From positions 136,898,001-136,962,000 of the forward strand of contig CM059432.1 in assembly GCA_030390025.1 (NCBI GenBank): a stretch of DNA of 64,000 nt. The letters run 5' to 3'. Positions 37,232-49,770 of the stretch are shown in pieces. The notes beneath the pieces were generated by a model. That model did no database searches, was not told the origin of the DNA, and saw nothing but the letters and a program-made list of their open reading frames with translations. The first letter of the stretch is position 1; each line of letters begins with the position of its first letter. The DNA comes from Squalus acanthias. Lineage: Eukaryota. The translations under genes were made by a program, and so were the position numbers.

Positions 37232-37790
37232 AGGGAGGGAAGGAAGGAATGCATGAAGGAAGGAAGGAATGCAAGAAGGAATGCATGAAGGAAGGAAGGA
37301 ATGCAAGAAGGAATGCATGAAGGAAGGAATGCATGAAGGAAGGAAGGAATGCATGAAGGAAGGAAGGAATGCATGAAGGAAGGAATGCAAGAAGGAAGGA
37401 ATGCAAGAAGGAAGGAATGCAGGAAGGAATGCATGAAGGAAGGAAGGAATGCATGAAGGAATGCATGAAGGAAGGAATGCAAGAAGGAAGGAATGCATGA
37501 AGGAAGGAAGGAAGGAAGGAATGCAGGAAGGAATGCATGAAGGAAGGAATGCAGGAAGGAATGCATGAAGGAAGGAAGGAATGCATGAAGGAATGCATGA
37601 AGGAAGGAATGCAGGAAGGAAGGAAGGAATGCATGAAGGAATGCAAGAAGGAAGGAATGCATGAAGGAAGGAAGGAAGGAAGGAATGCAGGAAGGAATGC
37701 AGGAAGGAAGGAAGGAAGGAATGCAGGAAGGAATGCAGGAAGGAAGGAAGGAAGGAAGGAAGGAATACAGGAAGGAATGCAGGAAGGAAG
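37232..37790. repeat. Complex (GAAG)n / GAATGCAT microsatellite
   Basis: Directly visible. Confidence 0.97.
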
Positions 37791-38205
37791 ATATTTTTAT
37801 AGCACTTTTCACAATCTCACGACGTCCTAAAGCACGTTACGGCCAATGAAGTACTTTTGTAATGTAGGAAACACGGTAGCCAATTTGTGCACAGCAATGC
37901 GATAATGACCAGATAATTTGTTTTTTTTAAGTTGGTTGAGGGATAAATATGGGCCAGGAAACTGGATACAACTTCCCCACTCTTCTTCAAAATAGTGCTA
38001 TGGGATGTTCTCTGACCACCTGAGAGGGCAGACGGGGCCTCGGTTTAACGTCTCATCCAAAAGACATCACCTCCAACAGTGCAGCACTCCCTCAGTACTA
38101 TACTGGAGCATCAGCATAGATTTTGTGCTCAAGTCTCTGGAGTGGGGCTTGAACCCACAACTTTCTGACTCAGAGGTGAGAGTGTTACCCAGCTGAGCCA
38201 TGGCC
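37791..38205 (-). mobile_element. DeuSINE-like SINE, full length
   Basis: Colinear with 26596-27515 without its insert. Confidence 0.85.
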
Positions 38206-38524
38206 AAGTCTCACACATGATGAATTCTCACTTGGGTGAGGTACCGGCACTTCTGGAAACATACACCAACCAGAATCATTGCCTTCAGGAGAAGGAGGAC
38301 GAAGGGAGAAAAAGCTGGTAATAAACAATAGGTAATGATTAGACAAACAGTGAACGGTCTAATGCCAGTCCATAGTGAGGCCTCTTGTTTAGTTAATGAG
38401 AACTTATTACTTGCCTCTCACAGCTGAACACAAGTCAATGATTACACTTTTAAAATTTTAGTTTAACAGCGAATGTACTCAGAATTCTGTCAGTGCCAAC
38501 TCTACACTTTCTATTTTGACATTT

Positions 38525-38893
38525 ACACAGAATTACATGGAAAGTACAGCGCAAAAACAAGGCTATTCGGCCAAACTGGTCTATGCCGGTGTTTCTGCTC
38601 TACATGAGCCTCCTCCCACCCCTCTTCATCTCACCCTATCAACATATCCTTCGATTCCTTTCACCCTCGTGTGTACATCTGGTTTCCCCTTAAATGTATC
38701 TCTGCTATTCACCTTAACCACTCCATGTGGTAGCGAGTTCCACATTCTCACCACTCTCTGGGCAAAGAAGTTTCTCCTGAATTCCTTATTGGATTTATTA
38801 GTGACTATCTTACATTTATGGCCCCGGGTTTTGGTCTCCCCCACAAGTGGAAGCATCTTCTCTATGTCTGCCCTATCAAACCCTTTCATAGTT
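38525..38893 (-). mobile_element. CR1 3' fragment
   Basis: MKGFDR..TRGH..FRRNFFAQRVVRMWNSLP. Confidence 0.88.
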
Positions 38894-39917
38894 TCTACAT
38901 CAATTAAGATATTAAAGTGTGTCACCATTCTCAGCCACAGATGTAATGTAAACTGAGAAAGGCACAGAATCACTAGGTCCTTGTGGGCTGCACTAAGCAA
39001 TGCAAGCAGAGAACAATGGGGTAAAGATTTCCTTTGTGTAACAAAATCAAACCATTTATAAAAGCAATTTATGATTTTCTAACAAACAGTGCACAGAGGA
39101 AATCTATCCCTGATTATAGACAGCAAATAAATATTGTGTGCAATGAAATATATATCCAATTGAGCAGCGCACCACCAATCAGTTAGTAAATAAACCGTTT
39201 CCCAAGTTCAGATGCTAAGTTAGATCATCTGCCCCAACACCATGACACCTTTGTCATTGGAAGAATATCGACTTAGTATCTAAAGCTATGTGCTACAGCA
39301 GGCCAATTCATCATAGCTGTATCCTGTTAGGTACAATCAGAAACAGATCAAGCAAGTCAAACGCAATCAGAATGACTGTTTCTGCTACTTATTTATTTCC
39401 CCTTCGTCCTTTTAATTTCAGGTCTCACTGCTGCACACTGCACACAATGCAGCATGTATTACATGATTTAGCACTGCGCAAAGTCCCGTGACAAATCCCA
39501 CACACTTCTATACTTACAGCATGTCGCGCACTTTGCTACTTGAGCACTTCAATTTTTGTGTCGACGGGTCCGGGAAGTGGTGGAGATGTCAGTCTCTGAG
39601 CGATAACGAATGACTGGCCCTGACTGCATCTCATCTGAAAGAGCAGGCAGGTGGCCGATGATCAAACCTTTGCAAAAACCAGCGTTCTAATTTGTCGTAG
39701 GAGGCGCCAGTCACTAAGGCTGACCCTGGAACATACCTGCAAATTGCACGGGAAGGAGGGGTGTTTAATAGAAATGAGGTATACTGCATGAGGGAAGCCC
39801 TACGTGTTACATTTTACAACAGGGACTATATTAGAAGTGAGAAGCACTTGCAAAGCCGTCGTGTAACGCATAGACGGGGCAATGAATTTGGTGGATGTTT
39901 CCTCACAAAAAGCAACC

Positions 39918-40172
39918 TTGTTGTGCCAATCCTCCAGGATTGTCTCTAGGTTTTGACGATTGATCTCTTGGACACTTCTGAAAGCATCCTTTGGAGGAAA
40001 AATCATCGAGGGGCGTTAACAAAATGAAGCTTTTTTTCCAATTTCTTTGAACACTTTCACTTATAAAAATATTGGAGATGGAAAAAGGCTGTTTGACCGG
40101 GCGGGGCAATTGGAGGCGTGATGTCATGTGATGAAACCTCCGGGAATATGTCCAACTAGAGTTGGCAACCCG
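39918..40172. mobile_element. Degenerate short TIR element (GGGTTGCCAAC-type ends)
   Basis: Right end gttggcaaccc and a decayed left end gttgtgccaatcc. Confidence 0.4.
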
Positions 40173-41033
40173 AGTTGTGCTCCTAGATTAGTCATGTGAT
40201 TATATCACAGGTGTTTCGTTCCACAGTAAGTTAAGGCAGAACAACTTAAACCTTCACAGTAAATGGTAGACCGTGAATGGATTCGATATTTTAGGAGGGA
40301 GTTGAAGGCAATCTTCAGGTTCAAATGGCTATGTTCCTGTAGTTTGATATTATTTGAACTCCAGAATTTCCCTTTTAAGTACCGAATGTTATTATTTAGA
40401 TAGCAACACAGAATGAGGTCTGTTCTGCTTACAACTCATCAGCTGGATGCAAGTGGAATTGAACATGGGGCATGCAAGGACTCTAACCATTAGACCATTT
40501 GTCCATGGTTTTTTGTGCCAGTCTACGAGATTAGATTTTTCCATTTCAGTGACTCATTAGTTTTTTTGGAGCTTGTAACTCAAGCAATGTTTGCAACTGT
40601 CTGCGTGAGGTGTCAATTACAATCCTCTCACTTTTCCTATAAATGTTTGCACATATTCATCTAGATTTATGCATGTACAGAGAAAAAGACCATGTAAGTC
40701 CACTTTGATTATCTTCTATTTATAACAACACTAAAATAACGCCATCCCATCTGAAAATAATCCTGGATCTATTTTGGTTTAGCATGTACAATATGTAATA
40801 AATTAACAGTTCTTGGCATCCTTTTTTTCTGTGGCAATACTCCTTATGTCAGTTATGGATTACAAATGTTAAGTTTGAAGCGGGGTAAAATTGGTCCCAA
40901 ATTCCCACACATCATATAACTGTCATCAACTGCTCATGTAGTTAATATTATTCTTCCACAGCAAACTTGTATAAACAGCTGTAATTCTTAATCTAGCTTC
41001 CATAAGATCGCATTGCTGGCTTATAGCAACCTG

Positions 41034-44000
41034 CTGTGTGTGTGGGGTGAGTGTGTGTGGGGTTGAGTGTGGGTGTGTGCGTGGGGTGAGTGTGTGTGGG
41101 TGTGTGGTGTGTGCGGGGGGTGTGTGTGTGGTGTGTGCGGGGGGTGTGTGTGTGGTGTGTGCGGGGGGTGTGTGTGTGGTGTGTGCGGTGGGTGTGTGTG
41201 TGGTGTGTGCGGGGGGTGTGTGTGTGGTGTGTGCGGGGGGTGTGTGTGCTGTGTGCGGGGGGTGTGTGTGGTGTGTGCGGGGGGTGTGTGTGGTGTGTGC
41301 GGGGGGTGAGTGTGTGGTGTGTGCGGGGGGTGTGTGTGTGGTGTGTGCTGGGGGTGTGTGTGTGGTGTGTGCGGGGGGTGTGTGTGGTGTGTGCGGGGGG
41401 TGTGTGTGTGGTGTGTGCGGGGGGTGTGTGTGGTGTGTGCGGGGGGTGTGTGTGGTGTGTGCGGGGGGTGTGTGTGTGGTGTGTGCGGGGGGTGTGTGTG
41501 TGGTGTGTGCGGGGGGTGTGTGTGTGGTGTGTGGGGGGGTGTGTGTGTGGTGTGTGCGGGGGTGTGTGTGGTGTGTGGGGGTGTGTGTGTGGCGGGGGTG
41601 TGTGTGGTGTGTGGGGGGGGTGTGGTGTGTGCGGGGGGTGAGTGTGTGGTGTGTGCGGGGGGTGAGTGCGTGGTGTGTGCGGGGGGTGAGTGTGTGGTGT
41701 GTGCGGGGGGTGAGTGTGTGGTGTGTGCGGGGGGTGAGTGTGTGGTGTGTGCGGGGGGTGTGTGTGTGGTGTGTGCGGGGGTGGGTGTGTGGTGTGTGCG
41801 GGGGGTGAGTGTGTGGTGTGTGCGGGGGGTGTGTGTGTGGTGTGTGCGGGGGTGGGTGTGTGGTGTGTGCGGGGGGTGAGTGTGTGGTGTGTGCGGGGGG
41901 GTGAGTGTGTGGTGTGTGGGTGTGTGCGGGGGGTGTGTGTGTGGGTGTGTGGTGTGTGTGGGGGGTGAGAATGTGTGAGTGTGGGTGTGTGCGGGGGGTG
42001 TGTGTGTGTGGGTGTGTGGTGTGTGCGGGGGGTGTGTGTGTGGTGTGTGCGGGGTGTGTGTGTGGTGTGGGGAGTGTGTGTGTGTGGGTGTGTGGTGTGT
42101 GCGGGGGGTGTGTGTGTGTGGGTGTGTGGTGTGTGCGGGGGGTGTGTGTGTGTGGGTGTGTGGTGTGTGCGGGGGGTGTGTGTGTGGTGTGTGCGGGGGT
42201 GTGTGTGTGGTGTGTGCGGGGGTGGGTGTGTGGTGTGTGCAGGGGGTGAGTGTGTGGTGTGCGGGGGGTGTGTGTGTGTGGGTGTGTGGTGTGTGCAGGG
42301 TGTGTGTGTGTGTGTGGGTGTGTGGTGTGTGCGGGGGTGTGTGTGTGGTGTGTGCGGGGTGTGTGTGTGTGGTGTGGGAGTGTGTGTGTGTGGGTGTGTG
42401 GTGTGTGCGGGGGGTGTGTGTGTGTGGGTGTGTGGTGTGTGCGGGGGGTGTGTGTGTGTGGGTGTGTGGTGTGTGCGGGGGGTGTGTGTGTGGGTGTGTG
42501 TGTGTGTGCGGGGGGTGTGTGTGTAGTGTGTGCGGGGGGTGTGTGTGTGGGTGTGTGGTGTGTGCGGGGGGTGTGTGTGTGTGGGTGTGTGGTGTGTGCG
42601 GGGGGTGTGTGTGTGTGGGTGTGTGGTGTGTGCGGGGGGTGTGTGTGTGTGGGTGTGTGGTGTGTACGGGGGGTGTGTGTGTAGTGTGTGCGGGGGGTGT
42701 GTGTGGGTGTGTGGTGTGTGCGGGGGGTGTGTGTGTGTGGGTGTGTGGTGTGTGCGGGGGGTGTGGGTGTGTGGTGTGTGGGTGTGTGGTGTGTGTGGGG
42801 GGTGAGTGTGTGTGAGTGTGGTGTGTGCGGGGGGTGTGTGTGTGGGTGTGTGGTGTGTGCGGGGGTGTGTGTGTAGTGTGTGCGGGGGGGTGTGTGTGTG
42901 GGTGTGTGGTGTGTGCAGGGGTGTGTGTGTGTGGGTGTGTGGTGTGTGCGGGGGGTGTGGGTCTGTGGGTGTGTGGTGTGTGTGGGGGGTGAGTGTGTGT
43001 GAGTGTGGGTGTGTGCGGGGGGTGTGTGTGTGGGTGTGTGGTGTGTGCGGGGGGTGTGTGTGTAGTATGTGCGGGGGGTGTGTGTGTGGTGTGTGCGGGG
43101 GGGGTGCGTGTGGTGTGGGGAGTTTGTGTTCACGTGTGCCCGTGTGAGGGTGTGCATGTGTGTGTGGGTGTGTGCACGTGTGAGGGTGTGCACGCATGTA
43201 TGTGTGTATGTGTGAGGGTGTGGGTGTGTTTGTGTGTGTCGGTCTGTGTGTGTGCGTGGGTCTGTGTGTGTGTGGGTGGGTGCATGGGTGTGTGTGTGTG
43301 GATGTGTGTGTGGGTGGGTGGGTGCGCATGCGGGTGTGTGTGTGTGCGGGTGTGTGTGTGTGTGTGCGGTGGGGTGTGTGTGTGCAGGGGTGTGTGTGTG
43401 CAGGGGTGTGTGTGTGTGTGCGGGTCTGTGTGCGTGTATGTGTGTGCGGGTGTGTGTGTGTGTGGGTGGGTGCGTGGGTGTGTGTGTGTGTATGTGTGTG
43501 TGGGTGGGTGGGTGCGCATGCGGGTGTGTGTGTGTGCGGGTGTGTGTGTGTGTGTGCGGTGGGGTGTGTGTGTGCAGGGGTGTGTGTGTGCAGGGGTGTG
43601 TGTGTGTGTGCGGGTCTGTGTGTGTGCGGGTCTGTGTGTGTGTGTGTGTGTGTGGGTTTGTGTGTGTGTGTGTGTGCGCGGGTCTGTGTGTGTGGGTGTG
43701 TGAGTGTGTGTGCGGGGGTGTGTGAGTGTGTGTGCGGGTGTGTGTGTGTGTGTGCGGGTGTGTGTGTGTGTGCGGGTCTGTGTGTGTGTGTGTGTGTGCG
43801 GGTGTGTATGTGTGTGCGGGTTTGTGTGTGTGTGCGGGTGTGTGTGTGTGTGTGCGGGGTTGTGTGTGAGTGTGTGTGCGGGTCTGTGTGTGTGCGGGGT
43901 TGTGTGTGAGTGTGTGTACGGGACTGTGTGTGTGCGGGTGTGTGTGTGTGCGGGTCTGTGTGTGTGTGTGCGGGTCTGTGTGTGTGGGTGTGTGAGTGTG

Positions 44001-44103
44001 TGTGTGGGGTTGTGTGTGAGTGTGTGTGGGGTTGTGTGTGAGTGTGTGTGCAGGTCTGTGTGTGTGCGGGGTTGTGTGTGAGTGTGTGTGAGTGTGTGTG
44101 CGG

Positions 44104-44145
<42 letters not shown>

Positions 44146-44492
44146 CTGTGTGTGTGCGGGGTTGAGTGTGAGTGTGTGTGCGGGTCTGTGTGTGTGTGGG
44201 GTTGTGTGTGAGTGTGTGTGAGTGTGTGTGCGGGTCTGTGTGTGTGCGGGGTTGTGTGTGAGTGTGTGTGAGTGTGTGTGCGGGTCTGTGTGTGTGGGTG
44301 TGTGAGTGTGTGAGTGTGTGTGCGGGTCTGTGTGTGTGCGGGGTTGTGTGTGAGTGTGTGTGCGCGTGTGTGCGGGTCTGTGTGTGTGTGCGGGTCTGTG
44401 TGTGTGGTTGTGTGAGTGTGTGTGTGGGGTTGTGTGTGAGTGTGTGTACGGGGTTGTGTGTGTGGGTGTGTGTATGTGTATGTATGTGTGTG
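41034..44492. repeat. G/T-rich low-complexity minisatellite tract
   Basis: (GT)n broken by CG5-6, GGGT, GAGT and GGGTCT units. Confidence 0.97.
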
Positions 44493-45515
44493 TATCTTAC
44501 AGCTATCAGCCGTTAGCCCCATCCAGGATCAGTCCCCAGGCAGTATGCTAACTGCCTCCTCTACAAGCTAATTTACAAGGATCTGGTCATGTTTACATTA
44601 GCCCTCTCCCAATGCATGAAAAGAGCGGGGTAAGGTGCGGAATAGAAATGAGCATTTATGAATAATTCAATCTTCCTTGTGGCTATTAACACATTTTCCT
44701 TGAATAAAGTGATAATAGGTTATCATCTGTGAAATGGAAATTGCATAACAGAGAGTTTCTGGTTACACCAGAGGAAATTAATTTCACAGCACATCTGTTG
44801 GGACCTGACTTGTGAATGCTAAGTATGAGAAAATGCAGCCGTTACGCTTCACCACTTTTATAATTAGATTAGCATGCCTGCACCCATGCTGGAAGACTCT
44901 CACCGAGTGAAAAGAATTACTGTTCCTTGTTTCAAATGCCTAATATTTATAATAATGAAATGACTGAGGCAATTAAGGAAAGTTAAAAATGCATTATGGG
45001 ACCTTATTATATTTAGCAGATGCTGCATTAAAGTGATTGTGTGTTTGCGTTATCTGTCTAGTTAAATATTGAGCCTTGCTATCAATAAATGTAATGTATT
45101 AATACACAATTGTGCCCCTCAGCTTTGAGAGTAGCGGCAGCCTCACTTAACAAGGCCTGGCTTATTATTTACTGACAGGCAAATAGAGAAAAAAATATAC
45201 AGGTCAATTCCCTTTGAGACATGATAGAGCTTCACGAGAGAAAATACAAATGTTTATTCAACCAACCATATGTGTGAAGTATGAGAAGTCATGCCAAGTG
45301 TCAATTTAAAGTTCAGTGACTCAGTGAACTTCTAGAGTGGCTTGAGCTTGTGTATTTAAAACGCTGGTCTCCTCCAATTCGGGTTCAGTATGATATACTC
45401 GACTTACAGCTCATCCGCCTTGAGATGCATGATCCTGTAACAGGCCCCACCCAGGGCCAGAGTATTGCTGATAGCTTCATTTAAAACAGTGGCAAATCTG
45501 AGCTGGCCTCACAAT

Positions 45516-45788
45516 ATTGAGAGGTCGCACAACACCAGGTTATAGTCCAACAGTTTTATTTGAAATCACAAGCTTTCGGAGTTACTACTCCTTCGTCGGG
45601 TGAAGTAAAATGATACAGAATCGCCAAAGCATATGCTTTGGCGATTCTGTATCATTTTACTTCACCCGACGAAGGAGTAGTAACTCCGAAAGCTTGTGAT
45701 TTCAAATAAAACTGTTGGACTATAACCTGGTGTTGTGCGACCTCTCAATTTTATCCACCCCAGTCCAACACCGGCATCTCCGCATCCC
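45516..45788 (+). mobile_element. Penelope-like element ends forming a perfect 234-bp palindrome
   Basis: 45516-45749 is self-complementary about aaagcat|atgcttt. An 11-bp duplication ggcctcacaat lies at 45505-45515 and 45789-45799. Confidence 0.85.
45662..45699 (+). ncRNA. Minimal hammerhead ribozyme motif with variant core; mirror copy on minus strand at 45566-45603
   Basis: TCAC-CCGACGA-A-GGAG(tagtaa)CTCC-GAAA-GC-TT-GTGA. The core is CCGACGA instead of CTGANGA. Confidence 0.65.
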
Positions 45789-45876
45789 GGCCTCACAATG
45801 GCAGAGCCTTTAACTCTCAACCCAGAACCTTGCAAGGTCACATCCCAGTGTGAAATGACCTTCAAACTCGCCCAAG

Positions 45877-46101
45877 AACATAAGATTTAGGAGCAGGAGT
45901 AGGCCATATGGCCCTTCGAGCCAGCTCCGCCATTCAATAATATCATGGCTGATCTTCAACCTCAACTCCACTTTCCTGCTCGATCCCCATATCCCTTGAT
46001 TCCCCTCGAGTCCAGAAATCTATCTCTCTCAGCCTTGAATATACTCAATGACTCAGCATTCACAGCCCGCTGGGGTAGAGAATTCCAAAGATTCACAACT
46101 C
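45877..46101 (-). mobile_element. CR1 3' fragment
   Basis: agaacataag...aggagcaggagtaggcc tail. Confidence 0.85.
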
Positions 46102-46709
46102 ACTGGCCAGCATTTAACACCACTGGGCTGGATGGTTACACACATGGGGAAGAATGTTCTCAAGTCGTGCAACATTATATAACAGCTCTTCCCCTTTTAG
46201 CCTAGTGAGAAGGTACCAGGTTCAATCAGTGGTCTGTGCTGATATGATGCTGTCAGCTGAGGCTGCAGTAGGGATGCCACAATTGGTCTCAGTTAGAGAG
46301 AAGGGGATGGAAATCAAGCAGTGTTTCCATCCATGATTGCTATTCAATGCTCCCTGCTGGAAACTTGGTGGGTGGGGTGGTGGGGGAGAGCCACCAGTTT
46401 AGGTTAGATCATGATGTATCCCACAATCAGTGGCACCCAACACGTGCTATTAAAGATTTGTAAATGACCACTTGGGTGATGCACTGAGAGAGTGCTGACA
46501 CCAAGGAAGCTTCAGGGGACTCAGGAGAAGAGGTAACAAAGAGGATGGCAATTGGAGGGAAAATAATGTGTTTCTTAAATCTCCCTCTCTCAAGTAGAAG
46601 CAATTACCAAGACCATTGCTGCCCACCTCTGTCACCCTGGTGATGATGTTCCCTGTCATTTCTGAGATAATATTCTGAGATAATACTCATGTTCTTTATC
46701 TGCCACGTG

Positions 46710-46810
46710 TCCCTACATTACAACACTTCAAAAGTACCTAATTGGCTGTAAAGCGCTTTGGGATGTCCTGAGGTCATGAAAGGCGCTATAGAAATGCAAG
46801 TTCTTTCTTT
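46710..46810 (+). mobile_element. DeuSINE-like tail
   Basis: cctacattacaac...ggcgctatagaaatgcaagttctttc. Confidence 0.7.
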
Positions 46811-47059
46811 GCTTAAACTGACCTCTTACATTTATGTTACAGGTATTGTGAGTTCTCACTGCTGGCAAATTCTCAGTGTGGATTAGTGTCCTGGATAACT
46901 GACATCAGAAACTGGTTACCCCAACCTGACAGCCAAAACATGAAGCAATACCTACAATGTGGTAATGTGGTAAGGCTATATTGTGTGTGTTAGAAATTAA
47001 TACAATGGATTCACACAGGTCAAGGGCTGGTTTGTTTGAACTTTCAGTGTTTTACTGTT

Positions 47060-47549
47060 AGGTTCACTAGATTGATTCCTGGGATGAGAGGGTTGTCCTA
47101 TGAGGAGAGATTGAGTAGAATGGGCCTATACTCTCTGGAGTTTAGAAGAATGAGAGGTGATCGCATTGAAACATATAAGATTCTGAGGGGGATTGACAGG
47201 GTTGATGCTGAGATGCTGTTTCCCCTGGCTGGAGAGTCTAGAACTAGGGGGCATAGTCTCAGGACAAGGGGTCGGCCATTTAGGACTGAGATGAGGAGAA
47301 TTTTCTTCACTTAGAGAGTTGTAAATCTTTGGAATTCTCTACCCCAAGAGGGTTGTTGATGCTCAGTCATTGAGTATATTAAAGGCTGAGATAGATTGAT
47401 TTTTGGACTGTAAGGGAATCCAGGGATATGGGAATCGGGCGGGAAAGTGGAGTTGAGGTCGAAGATCAGCCATGATCTTATTGAATGGCGGAGCAGGCTC
47501 GAGGGGCCGTATGGCCTACTCCTGCTCCTATTTCTTATGTTCTTATGTT
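47060..47549 (+). mobile_element. CR1 3' fragment
   Basis: RFTRLIPGMRGLSYEERL..RRMRGD..TRGHSL and a (TTCTTATG)n tail. Confidence 0.92.
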
Positions 47550-48002
47550 ACCTGTGAGTGAAAAGCCTTGGGCAAAGGCCATCACAGAACATCAATGTGT
47601 CCAATCCATTAGAGTGTCATGGAAGTTGCTAACACCAAATCACAAGGGGAAATAAATGACGGACCTCCAGAAATCAAACGTACATTTATTGACTTCTTCA
47701 GGGACCACCAGAGCTATGAGGAGAAATAGAGACTATTCACCAAAATAGTTCTTTATAGAAAACAGAGATCTACCACGAGGCCACCATGAATTGGACAACC
47801 TCCATGACATCAGCCAGGTTTTTAAAAAAATTCTAACAAAATACAATTTGATTTGGTGTTCATGACGAGTAAATTGTGGGTATGTTGTTCTTTTGTTTGT
47901 TTGTATTTGTCAAGGTGAGGGATTAAGGTACTGGAGAAAAAACAAGCCAATTGACGCTTCACTCCAGAATCAATCATTTCTAGTTGACACATGAAAGAAA
48001 AA

Positions 48003-48215
48003 AGAAAGAACTTGCCTTTCTAAAGCACCTTTCACACCCTCAGGATGTCCTAAAGTGCTTCACAGCCAATGAATTATTTTTGAAGGGAATTCACGGTTAT
48101 GTAGGCAAACACAGCAGGCCCATAGCAAGGCCCCACACACCGCAATGAGTTAAATGAGCAGTGAATCTGTTTTTTTGCGGTGGTGTTGGTTGAGGGACAA
48201 ATGTTGGCCAGGATC
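48003..48215 (-). mobile_element. DeuSINE-like 3' fragment
   Basis: Matches the 26596-26810 region. Confidence 0.7.
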
Positions 48216-49206
48216 ACTTCTATGCATACTGTATGGTTCCCCTATACTGCCTTAATAATACGCTTGTAAATCCTTTCCATAAGATGGTCCCATGGCTTCG
48301 ACTGCACTTGTGTATGTTTCCCAATCCTCAAACTCTGCACAACCTTCTTGAGCTACAAAGCCAAGGTAGTGTCAATAGTGTCAAATTAAAAGGCAATTTC
48401 TGCATTGAGGCCATGTGTCTACTGAACACAGAATTGAGGTTGTGCCAGAAATAATTAAACTGGCGACCACTGCCAGTCATCAGCAAGATGATTCCTGCGT
48501 CCCCTTCAGGTTTCACAGGTCAAGGGCTGGCCAATCCTCCTGATGCAACAGTATTTTGCCAAAATGATTAATTAGTGCACAGTTCTGTTAGTGTTGGAAT
48601 GCTGTACAAGGGCACGTTGTAATGCCAATATTATGCTGCATTGGGGAAGTTAGATTGGATGCAAAATTTGACTTTCAAAACACAATATATTTGGGTTGAT
48701 TAATGAGCCCCAAATTGGTGTCAGCAAAACCATCTCATGCCAGCACTGAGAGATGCCAGTATAACTTGGCAGAGACACCAAGCTGAATTTTCTTTCTTCG
48801 ACAGTTGCAATAGTTGAATCCCCTATGTTGACTACCAAACCTCCTACCAGTTCTGTATGCCAGTCTCCTTGTCCCTCCTATTGTAATTTGTTTCCATGTA
48901 GATTTATTGAAACAACAAAAAATGAATGTAATTGTTTGCCAGTGTGGAAGTGTAAAATGTGTCTGTATAGCTGGATGTACACATACATGTATACACCATG
49001 TACATTAGCATAGCACATGTATGTAGTGTGCATGCATTTGTGGATGTCTGCAGTGCATGTGTTGAGTACTCAGTTTGCACATCTGGATGTGTGTACAACA
49101 GGCATAAGCATGTTTACACAATTAGCATTGAAACATATCTAGGTGCACACGCCACATCAGATTGCTGTCAACGCAAATTGGCTAAATGGAGAAGAAAGAA
49201 CGGCCT

Positions 49207-49770
49207 AGAACTTGACTATTCCAATACACTCCTGGCTGGCCACCCACGTTCTACTCTGTAAACTTGAGGTCATCCAAAACTCGGCTGCCCGTGTCCTAAC
49301 TCGCACCAAGTCCAGTTCACCCATCACCCCTGTGCTCGCTGACCTATATTGGCCCCCAGTTAGGCAATGCCTCGATTTCAAAATTCTCATCCTTGTTTTC
49401 AAATCCCTCCATGGCCTCGCCCCTCCCTATCTCTGTAATCTCCTCCAGCCCCACAACCCCCCGAGATATCTGCGCTCCTCAAATTCTGCCCTCTTGAGGA
49501 TCCCTGATTATAATCGCACAACCATTGGTGGCCCTGCCTTCTGTTGCCTAGGCCCTAAGCTCTGGAATTCACTCCCTAAACCGTTCTTTCCTCCTTTAAG
49601 ACGCTCCTTAAAACCTACCTCATTGACCAAGATTGGTCACCTGCCCTAATTTCTCCTGATGTGGCTCGGTGTCAAATTTTTTGTCTTATAACACTCCTGT
49701 GAAGCAGCTTGGGACGTTTTTACTACGTTAAAGGTGCTATATAAATACAAGTTGTTGTTGTTGTTGTTGT
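49207..49770 (+). mobile_element. L2 3' fragment
   Basis: IQNSAARVLT..PITPVLADLYW..GPKLWNSLP and a (GTT)n tail. Confidence 0.92.

Noticed and set aside
37131..37849. Repetitive MHSFL/KEGR proteins
   Set aside because: Translations of a microsatellite.
40926..44551. 1198-aa His/Thr/Pro ORF and Cys/Val/Gly ORFs
   Set aside because: Stop-free because of GT-repeat composition, open in several frames on both strands.
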